Under the pieces are notes generated by a model, which had not been told where the DNA came from, searched no databases, and was given only the letters and a program-made list of their open reading frames with translations. From Paragordius varius (lineage: Eukaryota; Animalia; Nematomorpha), in contig OZ176050.1 in NCBI GenBank assembly GCA_964247055.1, forward strand, positions 8,122,001 to 8,186,000: a stretch of DNA of 64,000 nt. The letters are read 5' to 3'. This document shows, one piece after another, positions 43,801-57,219 of the stretch (the first letter of the stretch is position 1; each line of letters starts with the position of its first letter). The position numbers were made by a program, and so were the translations under genes.

Positions 43801-45128
43801 CCAAAAGGACGGCTTTAAAACTTGTTTTGGATGAATCCAAAAACAAACGCCATTCTTTGGGTTCCATTGGATATTGCAGGAAATTGAACATTCCCTCTAA
43901 GGAAATGTCAAATCCCCATATTACAAGGATGGTGTGGCCGAAATGATGAAATGTTTTCAGGAGTTTGAAGTGCGCATGTCTCTTAAAATTCACTTCTGGA
44001 GTATTTTCCAGATAACTTAGGGGCATTTAGTGATGAACAGGGGGAGCGCTTCCATCAGGAATTTTAGCTATGGAAGATATATATCACGGGAAATGTGATA
44101 CGGCGATGTTGGCAGATTATATTTGGACACTTTATCGCGTTCCAGATATAGATCATAAACTAAAAAATTACAAAAAATGTTTCTTTTTAAAATAATTTTC
44201 ATATTTGTATAAAATATAATGATATAATATCTGATACAAATTTATAAATTAATGCATTTATTTTATTTAACATGTAATAAAATATGATATATTGATGCAA
44301 TTAAGATGTAACATTTATCAAATCTCATAATAAATATTTTTATGCATTTAATATGGTTAAACACAATTTAAATTTGATATATGCAATTAATATGTAACAA
44401 GTAACAATTTTCATAATAAATATATTCGTATATTGTGTCTTATTTAAAAATATTTTAATAAATATTAATAATTTTGAAATCATTTCTGTATTAAATTTTT
44501 TAAAACCTTAGTAGTTTAGAATAAATAAATTTACTTTAAAATTAATAACAAAAATATATAATAACATAATTGAAATATTACTAAAAATCATATAATATTA
44601 ATTCAAACACAGAGTTTATTATCCATTAACATTAATAAATTTAAAAATATTACCAATTTAATATTAAATTTATTATTATAACATTAAATATATATACTAT
44701 TTTTCATATTTATAAAAAAAGCAATTAAATTTTATTATTTTAGTAATGTATAATGAAAAGCTGTCAATCAAATGATGCCAGTATGTCTCTTAATTTTTCA
44801 TTGTTTTGAAACTCTATTTTTTCGGAGCTAAGTTTCGTTTTTTCTAAATAAATCAAAAAGTAGTAAAGACTTTTAAAAATTTTAAAATGTTACATGAATT
44901 TTAAATATAATTTGTAATACCCTCCAAAAATTAATAATAAACTATAAAATTCAAAAAATTATAGGGTTACAAAAACAGGCATTTTTGATGGTTTTTGGAT
45001 TTTTAAAACCTTTTAGCCGCTCGCGAAAAAGAGCTAAGAAAATATTAAATATATCATTATTTTCAGACAAAAATTCTCTATGAGATGTCGTAATTTTCAC
45101 TCTGGTCTAAAAATCGTGTTGCACAGTG
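40822..45128. mobile_element. Fold-back derivative of a Chapaev(3)-like DNA transposon made of two inverted 3' ends around the transposase core
   Basis: Termini CACTGTGCAAC...GTTGCACAGTG flanked by taa/tta; arms of about 1.2 kb; minus-strand core WRLFLDSS, ICADLK, CCFLCCWDSR, PPLHIKLGL, KIKEGIFVGPQIR; C-terminal SDEQGERFHQ..MLADYIW present in both arms. Confidence 0.8.
40935..42083 (-). mobile_element. 5'-truncated RTE-type LINE with open 363-aa ORF (RT C-half with embedded PHD-like finger), inserted in the left arm of the Chapaev-like element
   Basis: GLHQGSILSPLLF, WELIYADD, FKYLG, LLYGCETW, LRYFGHI, GRPTFNW; 3' tail (ACGAT)3. Confidence 0.92.
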
Positions 45129-45997
45129 TTAGAATATATCATTCATGTTTCGACGAACTTGGGAAGAATTAATAAAAAATATTTTATAGAATTTTTTGAT
45201 ATAGAAGAGGAGCTGAATTAATGTTTTGTAAATCCCAAACAAATTAACCATGATACAGCTTTGGGATATTTTTAAAAAATTAATCCTATTTATTTTTCAT
45301 GAAAACTAAATAAAATGATTACCTTAGATTTTACCCTGGATAATCAATCATTGGTATAGTATGTTGGAATATTTGGCTAGTCAATATATAAAACCGCAGG
45401 AATCAATCAACAATACTCATAAACATTTACAAAGTTCTCAACGCAATACAAAGAAAAAAGATGCAAAAGACTTGGATAATACGCAACCATCCAAAAAACA
45501 CAAGAAAAAGCATGAAAAAACTAATGAAGTATATGATACGAGCGTGAAATATCTAATCAAACGAAATGGATTTTTTAGATAATATAAACAAACACCTTTA
45601 CACGTTAAAACAGATGTGTATATTGCTTGAAATCAATAATTTTACAAAAAAATTGAATGACATTCAAAATAAATTTTCGCAAATTTTGGTGTTTTTTGTT
45701 TGGAACCAATTTCTAACCAATTATTAAGGAATAATTAATTAACCGAGACATTGGAAAAAAAATTTACGTTTTTGGAATTTATTCTTTATTAAAATATTAA
45801 TCTATAGGTGCGATTAAATTTTTTACTTTCTTCATTAAAATATGGTCAAAAAATTAGAATTTTCATATTTTACACTATTTAACGGATATTTATTAATATT
45901 ATTTACAAAAAATAAACATTAATAAAAAATAGCCATTCGTTTATTGATCAATGTGATCTCCAGATTTAATGTTAATAGCACTGTTTGTATGATATCA

Positions 45998-47230
45998 TCA
46001 CGTTATCTTGTTTTGAATCCAATTAGGGTATTGGTATAAAAACCAAAAAATGATGTTTAGATTTGCGGACAAGAAAAATAAGCTTGAAAGCCAAACAGGT
46101 AAGAAATTGTTTTGTCCGACGAATTCAAGTTGATATGCATTAAATAACCATAGGGCCTTGCATGCAATCCAAAGTAAGGAGGAAAAAATCAGATATTTCC
46201 ATTGATAAATGTCATTTTTTAACATAAAAGGCATAATGGTTAAGGGTGCAAGGACAAACGGCCATACAAAGTATTGGGAAGTTATGACACGATTAAGCGA
46301 AACGAATCCATAAGTTATAATAAACATGCAAAAGACTAACCGAAAATTATTATAATCAAATTGTTTATTTTTAGTTTTAGTATGGGATGTCAAAAATTTA
46401 TTCCATGGTTTGAATGTGACTAGAGGTAATATTGTTGTTATCAAAATTACGGATAATTTGTCCAAAATGTTAAAAAAATGCGATGTTTCATTTTCACCCA
46501 TCGATAAGGATAAATATGTCGGGTAAAAGTGTGGAGAAAAATTGTGTCTAAAATCCTGACGCGTATTTATGTGATATAGGATAGTTGATTCTATAAATTG
46601 ACATCCATATTTAATATAACAGGCATACGTTAGTGTAAGGAAGGTAAATATTACGACTATTACATGTTTAACCAAGTTAAAAAATTGAATTCTAAAGTTC
46701 TGATGACCATACTTGTTAACAATGTAACATACAGTTGTGGGTATATATAAAATCGGAAAAATTCGTAAATGTATAAGGACACCCAATGTAATTGATGATA
46801 AATTAATGGAATCATTTATAATTAAATGTATGAGTAATAATATTAACAAAGCAGTTAATGAATCAAAATTTCCTCTTGTAGAAATGGCTATGATTAATGG
46901 ATTATATAACCAAAAGAACGACGGATATATATGTGATTTATATATTTGTGACGAAATTCGATCCAACAAATAAGCTACAATTATATCAATAATTGAATAA
47001 AATATTTTCCCAAAACTTTCTAAAACAACATCCAAATATGCAATATGCGCAATTAGGGGTGGGTATCTATATGTTGGATTAAACAGATAAAGCTTATGAT
47101 CAAGGTGCTTGGCTGCACTTTTATAAACCTCATAATCAATATCTGTATATTTTACGCCTCTGGAATCTTGATATAAAGAAAATAATACAAGAACAATACG
47201 GATTGCCAATCCCAAAATATAGTTAATCAT
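45998..47230 (-). CDS. PIGM: GPI mannosyltransferase 1, single exon, 410 aa
   Basis: KYTDIDYEVY, TYRYPPL, STRGNFDSL, RIFPILY, YH..RQDFRHNFSPHFY, FVSLNRVITSQYFVW, LWLFNAYQLEF. Confidence 0.95.
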   Translation of the reverse strand: MINYILGLAIRIVLVLFSLYQDSRGVKYTDIDYEVYKSAAKHLDHKLYLFNPTYRYPPLIAHIAYLDVVLESFGKIFYSIIDIIVAYLLDRISSQIYKSHIYPSFFWLYNPLIIAISTRGNFDSLTALLILLLIHLIINDSINLSSITLGVLIHLRIFPILYIPTTVCYIVNKYGHQNFRIQFFNLVKHVIVVIFTFLTLTYACYIKYGCQFIESTILYHINTRQDFRHNFSPHFYPTYLSLSMGENETSHFFNILDKLSVILITTILPLVTFKPWNKFLTSHTKTKNKQFDYNNFRLVFCMFIITYGFVSLNRVITSQYFVWPFVLAPLTIMPFMLKNDIYQWKYLIFSSLLWIACKALWLFNAYQLEFVGQNNFLPVWLSSLFFLSANLNIIFWFLYQYPNWIQNKIT

Positions 47231-47582
47231 TAATATTGAAAAAAAGAAAGTTTGTCCAATAAACTATCAACCTCGGATTGAATTGATGCTAATGAATCTG
47301 ATGAGACAAATAAATGGGTATCATCCAAATCCTAAACCTATATAATTAATATTACCTGAATAATAAATTTATTCCCAAATTTCAGAGTTTCGTCCAAATG
47401 TATCAAGAATTGTTTCATGGCTGAATCGCTAAAACATAAATCAACATATACCATTCAATGAGGGTCCCTTTAATAACGTTAACCATGCTTTATTAAAACA
47501 TATGCTGCACGTTATATAGCTTGTTATTTTTTTTATTTTATCGTTAAATTTTTGTTATTAATTGTTACTTGTTATTTTTCTG

Positions 47583-47936
47583 ATGCCCAAATTTGATTCT
47601 ATCAAATATAATAAACAACCATTGGTGTTTGTTGATAGCTTACAACGGAAACCAAAATTTTATTCATTGAAAACTTGTCAGCATTGTGGAATCTATAAAT
47701 ATTCATCACCTACTTCTTTGACGAGACATTTAATACGTTATCACGGACAATTAGTTTACACTTGTTGTTTGTGTAAATTTTCAGCTAAAACTAGGGAAGA
47801 AATTGAGGATCATTTTAGCCAAATACATGAAGATGCGACCGTTTCAGTCGTGAGGCAAGTGGAATGCTCTTTATGCCATCAAATCCATAACGTTGAGTAT
47901 TACAAAATTCATTTAGAAGAATGTCATCCCATCTAA
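47583..47936 (+). CDS. Small C2H2-type zinc-finger protein (about 117 aa, 3 fingers); an upstream exon cannot be excluded
   Basis: CQHC..LTRHLIRYH; CCLC..IEDHFSQIH; CSLC..YKIHLEECH. Confidence 0.7.
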   Translation: MPKFDSIKYNKQPLVFVDSLQRKPKFYSLKTCQHCGIYKYSSPTSLTRHLIRYHGQLVYTCCLCKFSAKTREEIEDHFSQIHEDATVSVVRQVECSLCHQIHNVEYYKIHLEECHPI

Positions 47937-49459
47937 AATATTAAATGTTATATTGTTGATTGTTTTTGTTAATTCTAAATCAAAAAATATAACTTTCTAT
48001 AATAAATTATTTAATTTCCAATTGATATACATGAAATTTTTCGATACCTTTAACAATTGAAATTGTGCGAAAGCTTTAGCCCTTCGTTTCACAATTATAA
48101 TTATATCATTTTTAAAAGCCTTCCAAATTTTTCCCCGATTTTAGATATGCCCGTATTAATAGTAGCTATAGCTAAAGCCTATTTTATATAAAAATGATTG
48201 AGATTTTATATAAAAATTAGTGAGGACTATAATGACTTTAACAATCGCCTGCGAGTGTTGACAGTGATAAATGTAAAGCATATATTTTCTGTATCAAATT
48301 CTGCTAGCTACACCAACGCGCCTTCTGAATGAATATTACAATGTTTATCAAATTATTGGGTAAAAAGGATGTGGTATAAAACACGGATCGAAATCTGTGC
48401 CTAAGCTTTTTGGAACTAAAAACAAAAAAATGAAACGAATTTTGAACCGGGAAACTCTGTTCCTAACGGTTCTAGAAAAGTTTTATGGTATAATAGAATT
48501 TATTGATTATAAAAATATATTCTATTTTACAGAGATCAGCATACAATAAATTATGAATGCAGTTAATATATTCGTGAATTGAGCTATCTATTATTCACGA
48601 AATTATAAAACTTTGATCACAAATTTAATGAAACTGGAACCGAAAATATTTTGGGAAAAAAACTTTAACCGAACCATTTTGTACCCAATTTTTATTTTTC
48701 AAAAATTATGCTTAATCAAAACGAAAGAAAAGAAAATGTCTCTAAACTAAATATTGCAAACCGTAATTTTATGAAACTATTCTTAACACCGTAACCGCGA
48801 TCACCAACGTTTCCAAAAAGCGCTTCTTTTCAAAATTTTATACAATGTTAACCTTATCTTCTCAAGAAATTAATTTAAAAAATTAACAAACAATAAAAGA
48901 GTGTGTACATTTTTCTAACAATATCCTGGATTACACTACTTGCTAATTATATAACTGGGATCGAAATCAGATCCTTGACAAAAAACAATGGAACTCAAAC
49001 CAAAATTTGAAAAATTTCATACAATTAGAATTATTTTTCCAGGGCAAGTTTTTTTAAATCCGGAGGAAGTGGGGCCCAAAAAATAAAACGGCACCAATTC
49101 CAACTCTGATAACACATAAAATAGAACCGGAATATTAAAAATTACGGTATATGAAAATTTAAAAATCGCACTTTATCTGAACGTTTGTGTTCATGTAGAC
49201 TAAAAAGCATCACTGTTTCTGCATTAATTTCTAAAAGAGTTTTGGTAAGTGCTTTTAATTTCAAACGCCAGACGCGGTACGAATATGCATTGTTTGGATT
49301 TAAGGTCATGTTCGGCCTGGTTTTTAAAAGAAATTAAAACAATTTAGCATTTTTAATTAATTATGACATTTTTGTTTATGGAGTCGCTCGTCCTTGCTTA
49401 AAAGTATATCTTTTTTTTGAGCTTATTTGCAATGATAAATGAATATATTAAGGTATATG

Positions 49460-52400
49460 TAAGGTGACCAAACGTCCCGCTTTTGGCGGGACAATCTCGC
49501 TTTTTCACACTTTGTCCCGCATCCCGCTAGGTTTTTAAAATGTCCCGCTTTTTCACGATTATATAAAAAAATTTTATTTTAATACAATTAAATTTTTTTC
49601 CGTTTAAATTTTTTATCATTAAATATCTTTAAAATCTATAATTTTAAATTAAAATTTTTTATTTTTAAATTAAAAATATTTATTTTTTTCGAATTTATAA
49701 CATATGATTATACACTTTGCTTCCTACTACTACTGTCATCTTTATCAAAAAGCCAAGCTAATACCACAAATCTCTAGATTAAAAGACAAATTAATACCAC
49801 TAATCGGTAGCTTACACGTTTATTTCAGAAAATTAAAATATAATATTTACTATGCTGATACTTTAGTTTTATTACTTGGTAACATATCAAAAAGCCAAAT
49901 TAGTACCACAAATCGGTAGCTTAAAAGACAAATTGATACCACAAATCGGTACCTTACACGTTTATTCCAGAAAATTAAGGTAATATAATATTTATTATAC
50001 TAATAGTAGTTTATAAATATGAACACAAAAAGAGGTTGTAAGTTCAACGATGAATTAATGAAAGATTTTCCTTTTATCAAAAAAACGAAGAATGAATCCT
50101 CTGTTAAATGTCTTATATGCGAGGGGGAATTCACCCTAGCACATGGCGGCAAGCATGATATTACAAAGCATATGGAAACACAGAAACATAAAAAATGTTT
50201 AGTGGCGGCATCATCTTACAAATTGAGCGATTTTTTTCGAAAAACCGCTTTTGGAGAGGAAGAAAAAAATTTGGCACTAGCTGAGGGCGTGTTATCTTTT
50301 CACGCCGTTAATCACAATCATTATGGACTGTACCTCACAGGTTATTCCATAAAAAATTTACATGTGCCTGTACAAAGGTTGAAGCCATTGTGTGCAATGT
50401 CCTTTCGCCACATGCATTTTCTGAAATACAAAAACATTTGCTGAAATTAATTTCTTATCCCTATACTCTAATGCATCAAATCACCATGAAAAAAATTATT
50501 TCCCACCTTAATAAGATATTCTGTTTTAGAAACCGGAGTAAAAATTAAAACTTTAGATTTAATTTCTCTACCCGGTGAAAATTCCGAAATAATATTTACT
50601 TCAATCATGCATATTCTAGAAAAAATAATTTAAAAGACAAAATTATCCCATATTGTGCAGACAACACCAATACGAACTTTGGTGGAAAAGCAAGGAGGGG
50701 AACAAAAAATATTTTTCATAAATTAAGAGATAATCTTAATCAATACATTATTGGCGTTGGGTGTGCAGCGCATATAATACACAACGCTATTCAAACAGCT
50801 GCTGATTTGTTACCCCTAGATGTGGAAAATGTAGTTGTTAAAATATATTCCTATTTTTATATATACACGGTACGTTTGAAACGCTTAAAGAATTCTGTAA
50901 AAATGCAGAAGTTCAATAACAAAAAATGCTTGGATATTGTAAAACTCGTTGGTTAGCTTTTATGCCAGCTATCGAAAGAATTTTAAATATGTATGATCCT
51001 TCAAAACTTTTTTTTATCACAGGATAAATGTCCTACAACTCTAAAAAAGTTTTTTGAAAGGGATTCTTCAAAAATATGGTAATTCTTACATAATCAAGCT
51101 TCTCTCTTTCAAAATGTTATTAAATTTATAGATGGTGACAAAATTTCGGCAATCGAAGTAGCCAACGAAGTTATTAACCTAAAATTCCAATGTCAAGAAC
51201 GGTTAGAAAATAATTTTATACCATTAACCATCCGCAATATAAATTTAGAAAAACAAGGCTTAATAAATCGCCATCCTGTATCATATAAAAATGTTTTATA
51301 CAAACTGTAAAGATTATTTGGAAGACTGGACGACGCAATTCAATGAAATTGATCATTTTCATTGGATAACATTAAATCAGAATTTATTTGGTTCGATGTT
51401 CAAAGATCATTTGATTATATCTGCTTTCTCAAAAAGTAATCTTTCAGAAAATGATCTTTTTTCTGAAGTATCATTAGTTAAAAGATATATTAATAATGAA
51501 AAACTAATTATGGACAAAAGAAAAATATACAGTAGAAATGGTTGGAAATATTTCATCATTTTGAAGCCAACTATATTACATACAACAATTTTTTAAAAAT
51601 TGTGGAATTCGCACTATCTTTACCTGAAACCAACGCTGCTACTGAGCGCGTTTTTTCCACAGTGAATCAGGTGTGGATATCGGAAAAATCAAATTTAAAT
51701 GTTGAAACTTTGAAGGCCGTTTTATCTGTCAAATATAATTTGACAAATTCTTGTGAAGACTTCTATACAATATTTTAAAAAATGATGACAATCTGCTAAA
51801 ACGCATTCACTCAAACGAAAAATATACCAAAGAATAAAATATTATCTTATATTTATAAAGTTTTTATGTTAAAAAATAAACAAAATTACTTAAAATATTG
51901 TATAAGTCTTCATAATTTGTCAAATTATATTTGAACACATAAAATGGCTTTTATTCAACATTTAAATTTGATTCCGTGTCCTTACTTAATTTACTGTGGA
52001 AAAACGCGTTCAATAGCAGTGGTTCCAGGTAAAGATAATGCAAATTCTACAATTAAAATATTATTGTATGGAACATAATTTGTTTAAAAATGATTATTTT
52101 AACCATTTCTATCCTAAGTATTTTTTTCTGTTGTCCATAATATAAGTTTTCATTCAATATATTTATTTAATAATGAGACTTCATAAAAAGTGTCATTGTG
52201 CACCGTCTTGTCTTCCAAATAATCGTTTCTGTTTGAATAAAATATTTTTATATTCTGGCTATTCATTGAGACTTGTTTTTCTGGATGCTTTATAATATTG
52301 CGATTAGGTAATGGTATAAAATTATTTTCTAAACTTTTTGGACTTGGAATTTTGACCTTTGTCATGTGATAAAAAATAGGATTCTAGGAGATCACATTTT

Positions 52401-52869
52401 TATAAATATTTCAATCGCTGGAAAAAGAGCTAACCAACAGTTCTACAATATCCAAGCATTTTAACATCTATATTTTCCACAAGGGGTAACAAATCAGTAG
52501 CTGTTTGAATAGCGTTGTTCTGCCAATAATGTTTTGATTTAGATTATTCGCTTAATTGTTAAAAATATTTTGTGTGCCGCTTTTTGCATCACCCAGCGCA
52601 CTTTGTGATGATTTCGTCTTTATTATTTTTTTGTGGAATATTACAATCACTTCACCCTTTGTTCGTGCACATGTAAATTTATTGAATAAGGTACAAACAA
52701 CCTGTAAGGTACAAATTTTTTTATATTTATAATATATTTGTGATAAAAATAAATAAATATTACAATAAATTTTTTGTATAAAAATTTTTGGTTGTACCCC
52801 CCAATGACCCCCCCCCCTTTCCTTCTCAGATTTGTCCCGCTTTTTCCTTCAAAAAATCTGGTCACCTTA
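49460..52869 (+). mobile_element. Full-length but frameshifted hAT (Blackjack-like) element; transposase pseudogene at about 50019-51836
   Basis: TIR taaggtgacca...tggtcacctta; perfect TSD ggtatatg; BED-like KCLICEGEFTLAHGGKHDITKHMETQKH, YCADNTNTNFGG, GVGCAAHIIHN, KTRWL, LSLPETNAATERVFS. Confidence 0.92.
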
Positions 52870-53519
52870 GGTATATGTGAAAATAAAAACGAATAACATT
52901 TTGGATAATGTGTTGTAGGCATCCATTAAGAAATAAATAAATTTTAATGTGCTTTTTGCAATTAATACAGTCAGCGAACCTGGGATAACGATAACCATAA
53001 AAATTTATTGTCCTCAAAGACAATCTTTTAACAAAACCTCAAGAATTCCAGCTATATTGCTGTGTAAAAGTAATATCTTTATTTTAAAATAGAATCGTTT
53101 CGCAAATATACGTGTACGTTCGCTGGTAAAATGTAATTATATTAAGCATTCCAAAGTAAATTAATAACATCCTTAACCATAATATACTTTTATTTGCCTG
53201 TTACATTGGCGATATTAAAGTCAAAAGAAAGGCGGCAAATAATTTGGGGTGAGGATTTTTTTACAAATTTACGTTTTTTAAAAAAAATATGTGCTTAAAA
53301 GGCTAAAGAAAGCAAATTTTCAAATTTGCCCAATTCTTTTAATTCGTTTTAGGAGATTTGAACTTTCTTTCCAAAAGTGTTAATATAAAAACAAATATCA
53401 TTTTTTTAGTCAGATCAAATATAAATTTGAATCATCTAAAGACCTAATGGTTTTAATGTTTGATCATAACTGTTGTTTATGAGTACCATCGTGAAAAAAG
53501 TCCTTTTTAAAAAACTTGA

Positions 53520-54510
53520 ATATATACCATTTCCCAGTCAATCGAAACATTTTCCCAGTCAATAAAAACATTTTCCCAATCAATAAAAACATATTGTCAG
53601 TTAAAAAAAAGGGTTTTATTTTTAATAAAAAACAAAATAAGATAAAATAACTTTTAAGCATAGAGAGCACACTAATAAGGATATTATTTTTAAGAAAAAC
53701 ACAGTTAATGAATGACAATTTTTTTTATTAGCCAATTATCAACGACTTATTCTTAAAAATTATATTTTATAAACTGGAGGAGCATTTTATAGTTTTTAAT
53801 ATATTATTAAGAAAATATTTAATATTTTTTTATTTTATCGTTGGTTCGCATTAATAATCGGGCTGACCTATAAAATTTATAGTGTCAGATGAAATAATAA
53901 AAAAATATACTATTTTCATCTCAAATCGGTCATTTAACATTTCAAATCGGATTTCAAACATGTAAAGTTTGTAGATAAAATACTGTCAGAAAAGAACATT
54001 TAAACAAAAAATATTTTTTAAATGCAAAATGAAAAGGATATTTGACTAAAAGATAAATATATTATATAAATTAGGGTGAAGTTGCAGATGAAATCCAATT
54101 CGAAGGTTAAATGACGCATTTGAGATAAAAATGGTATATTTTTATATTATTTCATCCGTAACTCTAGATTTTAAAGTTAGTCCCGTTTATAAATGCTAAC
54201 CATTGATAAAATAAAAAGTTTATTAAATATCTTCTTAAATATATCTCAAAAACCATAAAATAATCCAGTTAATAAAATATAACTTTTAAAGAATAAGTGA
54301 TTATTGATTTTGTATTGGCTAATAAAAAAATTGTTATTCAATAATGTGTTTTTTCAAAAAATAATTTCCTTATTAGTGAGCTCTTAATGTTTAAAAGTTA
54401 TTTTTATATCTTATTTTGATATTTATTATCAAAAATAAAACCGTTTTTATTGGAGATAATGTTTTTATTGACTGGGAAAAGGTTTCGATTGACTGGGAAT
54501 GGGTAAACAT
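53520..54510. repeat. About 1-kb degenerate fold-back element with terminal 21-bp tandem arrays
   Basis: Left (cattttcccagtcaataaaaa) x3 versus the reverse-complement array at about 54440-54505; further inverted matches at about 53730/54330 and 53910/54130. Confidence 0.7.
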
Positions 54511-55049
54511 CATTTTATTATAATATTCACCTTTATATAAAACATCTTTCCGACCTGAATACAACACATTTATTTTAAAGCATTCAATTCAAATTGGGTC
54601 TGGGTACCCCAGGCTTCTACAAATATTTCAAAAAATATGGAATGTATTGAAACAATTTCAAAAATTTGTGCTTATATATCATTGATCCACCGAAAAATTA
54701 AAAAATATTCATTCAAAATGTTTTTATATATTTTATTTATAAGAAAACTTGAAGGTTAAAATTTAAACAACATGATGTATTTATTAACTAAATATAAAAA
54801 TAATGCAAAACCATTCTTCTGTTATTGATGTTAGATGTGATTTTTTAAAAAATTAAATTTAATTTTCGCCTTATAATGAAAAAAAACACTATATTCCGTA
54901 AAAAGCTGTATAATAAAAATGGCATCAAAGTAGTTTAATATTGAACTTTTTTCAAAACTATTATATTTAAATTATGGGTTATTTATATAATTTTTATCAG
55001 CATATAAACATAAATTTAAATTGCAACTCATTTTTCATTCCTATATGCT

Positions 55050-56435
55050 TTTTGTTTAGCATTCTTACTGCGTTCGGATCTATGATGGACTTTCACCGAA
55101 TAAAACCAAATTGATTACCCTCTAGGCTAACCATTTTTCTCATTCGTTTCTCTAGTAATTTCTCAAATAACTTAATTGTATGCGACATCAATCTTATCCC
55201 TCTGTAAATGTTACAATCATTTATATCTCATTTACCCTTGAAAATGGGAAAAGTGAAACTCTCCTTTCATTCGGTTGGTATCATACCCGTAATAACTATT
55301 TTATTAAAATATCCGTTAAAAATTCAATTCCTTTCTCTATAATTATTTTCCAACAGTTTATGTTAATGTTGTTTGGACCTGCAGCTTTATTTATAGACAT
55401 CTCTTCTAACCTGGACTTCTTCTTTAGTTATAAATATGCGCAGATACATCCGGTGTTTCGGGTAAATTCGTTTCACTGACACCCAATTCAAGGTGGAAAT
55501 AATCTTTCCATTACTTCAAATTTTTCTCTTCCTCAACGAATAATATACGTTTTTGTCTTTTAGAGGCGGTCGCGTAAGGTGCAAGTCCAGCTTTCTTCTG
55601 TGTTCGAGCAATTTTAAAAACTTTGTTTGTACTTTACTTACTGTTTAACTCCTCATATAGTGATTCCGTTTTTCTTTTTGAACATTCTCACAAGCCCTTT
55701 AAGTTCCTTATTAATCCTTTGATATTTTTCTTTGTCTACCTGGTGGGTAAACCTCCACATTTTAGAAGCTTTACTTTTCTCTCGCGATTTCAAAATTATT
55801 CTTTTGTTTTTCAGCCATGCCTCTCTATACACCGATTTCTACCACCTTTCATTCCATACACCCTAACTCTCGCCTATCTAATTGTTTTAGCCACCTGAGT
55901 CCAAACACTTTCTGGATCGCTGTTCCTGTCTAGTATGGCTACCGTTTCTACAAATCTTTCTTTACTGTTTCTTAAGGAATCCCATTTAATTAACTTCAAG
56001 CGCGATAAGCTTATGCTTTTTAACATTTATTGGATATCTGTCATATACCACATAATTAAATTATGTTGAGCACTAATCTGAAGGTTAGGCATGACTTTGC
56101 AGTCCACAACACTTTAAAGACTTTCGCGGTACAAGGATATAATCGATTTGTGACTTCTTATTTCCAATTTCGTAGGTAATTAAATGGTTATCCCTTTTAG
56201 TAAAAAAGCTATTTATAGCTAGGTTATATGATTGAGCAATTTTAATAATTCATTTCCAACCCCGTAACCTTTCCTGCCATGCCAAGGTTCAAAACCTCTT
56301 CCATTTTGTCCCATATGCCCATTGAAATCACCACATATGATTTCAAGGTCTTTCTTTATGAAATCATTTCTCCGTATAAATCATAACTATCCTTGTCCGG
56401 TTTAGTCAACCCTATTTGGGGAACATAAACGCTAA
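55050..56435 (-). mobile_element. Degenerate RTE LINE fragment (APE endonuclease to RT start), same family as 31380-32392
   Basis: Co-linear DNA similarity with 31380-32392 (e.g. ccaaacactttctggatcgctgttcctgtctagtatggctaccgtttcta); extends further 5' with YVPQIG. Confidence 0.85.
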
Positions 56436-57219
56436 AGATGCTTTTGTTTAACATAATACTTATAATTCTACTGTCATCACAAGAAATTTACGTTTTTATC
56501 CTCATAGTTTCAACTAATTCATATAGCTTACTTCTTAACGAACCAAATTTTATACTGGAAAAACACACACTACAACATTCTTTATCCTTATTGGCCCCTA
56601 CCTCCGTGCAGCAATTGGTTGGGTCTGGCCTCCAAGCTTTACAAACAAATATCATAACAAATAAAAATTCAATTAATAAGAATAATAATAGATAAAATAA
56701 AATAACACTAAAATATATAGTAACAATATATTAAATGAAAAAAAATCCAAAAAATGAAACGAAAAATAGATAAATATATATAATTCAGAATGAGGGATAA
56801 GAATTATGATTCGGAATGGTAATATAATTTAAATAAAACGAACAATAAAAAAATATTAAAGGTAACTTCGCGCCTTATGATTGAATGTATGAATTTTAAT
56901 ATAATTATTATTTAATAATAATAGCAATTCCAAATTTGACTGCTAAACTATTCTCTAAACTACCAAATAACTCATGATTCTCTTAATTAGTACGCTGTAT
57001 CACGCATTTATAAAGAAAAATATCCATAAATGTTAATATAAAAAATGTAATTATCCCCTTAATTGATACGTTTTCAAACAAATTGTGAACTATTTCATAT
57101 TTCGCTCCGTGCTTAGAATATTGGGACAAAGCAATAATTAAGCAATTATTAAGTTTTAATTGTAAACAAATCACAAAACATATTATTATGATATTTATTT
57201 TTGCAAACCTTTTATCCAG

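Noticed and set aside
20085-45128. Artemis plus a RAG1-related (Chapaev/Transib-like) transposase with CACAGTG termini as a proto-V(D)J system
   Set aside because: They are 19 kb apart, the transposase is broken and lacks its N-terminus, no RAG2-like gene or 12/23 RSS pairs are seen, and Artemis is a general NHEJ gene.
12975-54510. CRISPR-like arrays (GACCTAGGTC repeats; 21-bp repeats at 53528)
   Set aside because: Tandem repeats without unique spacers, inside transposon termini, in a eukaryotic genome with no cas genes.
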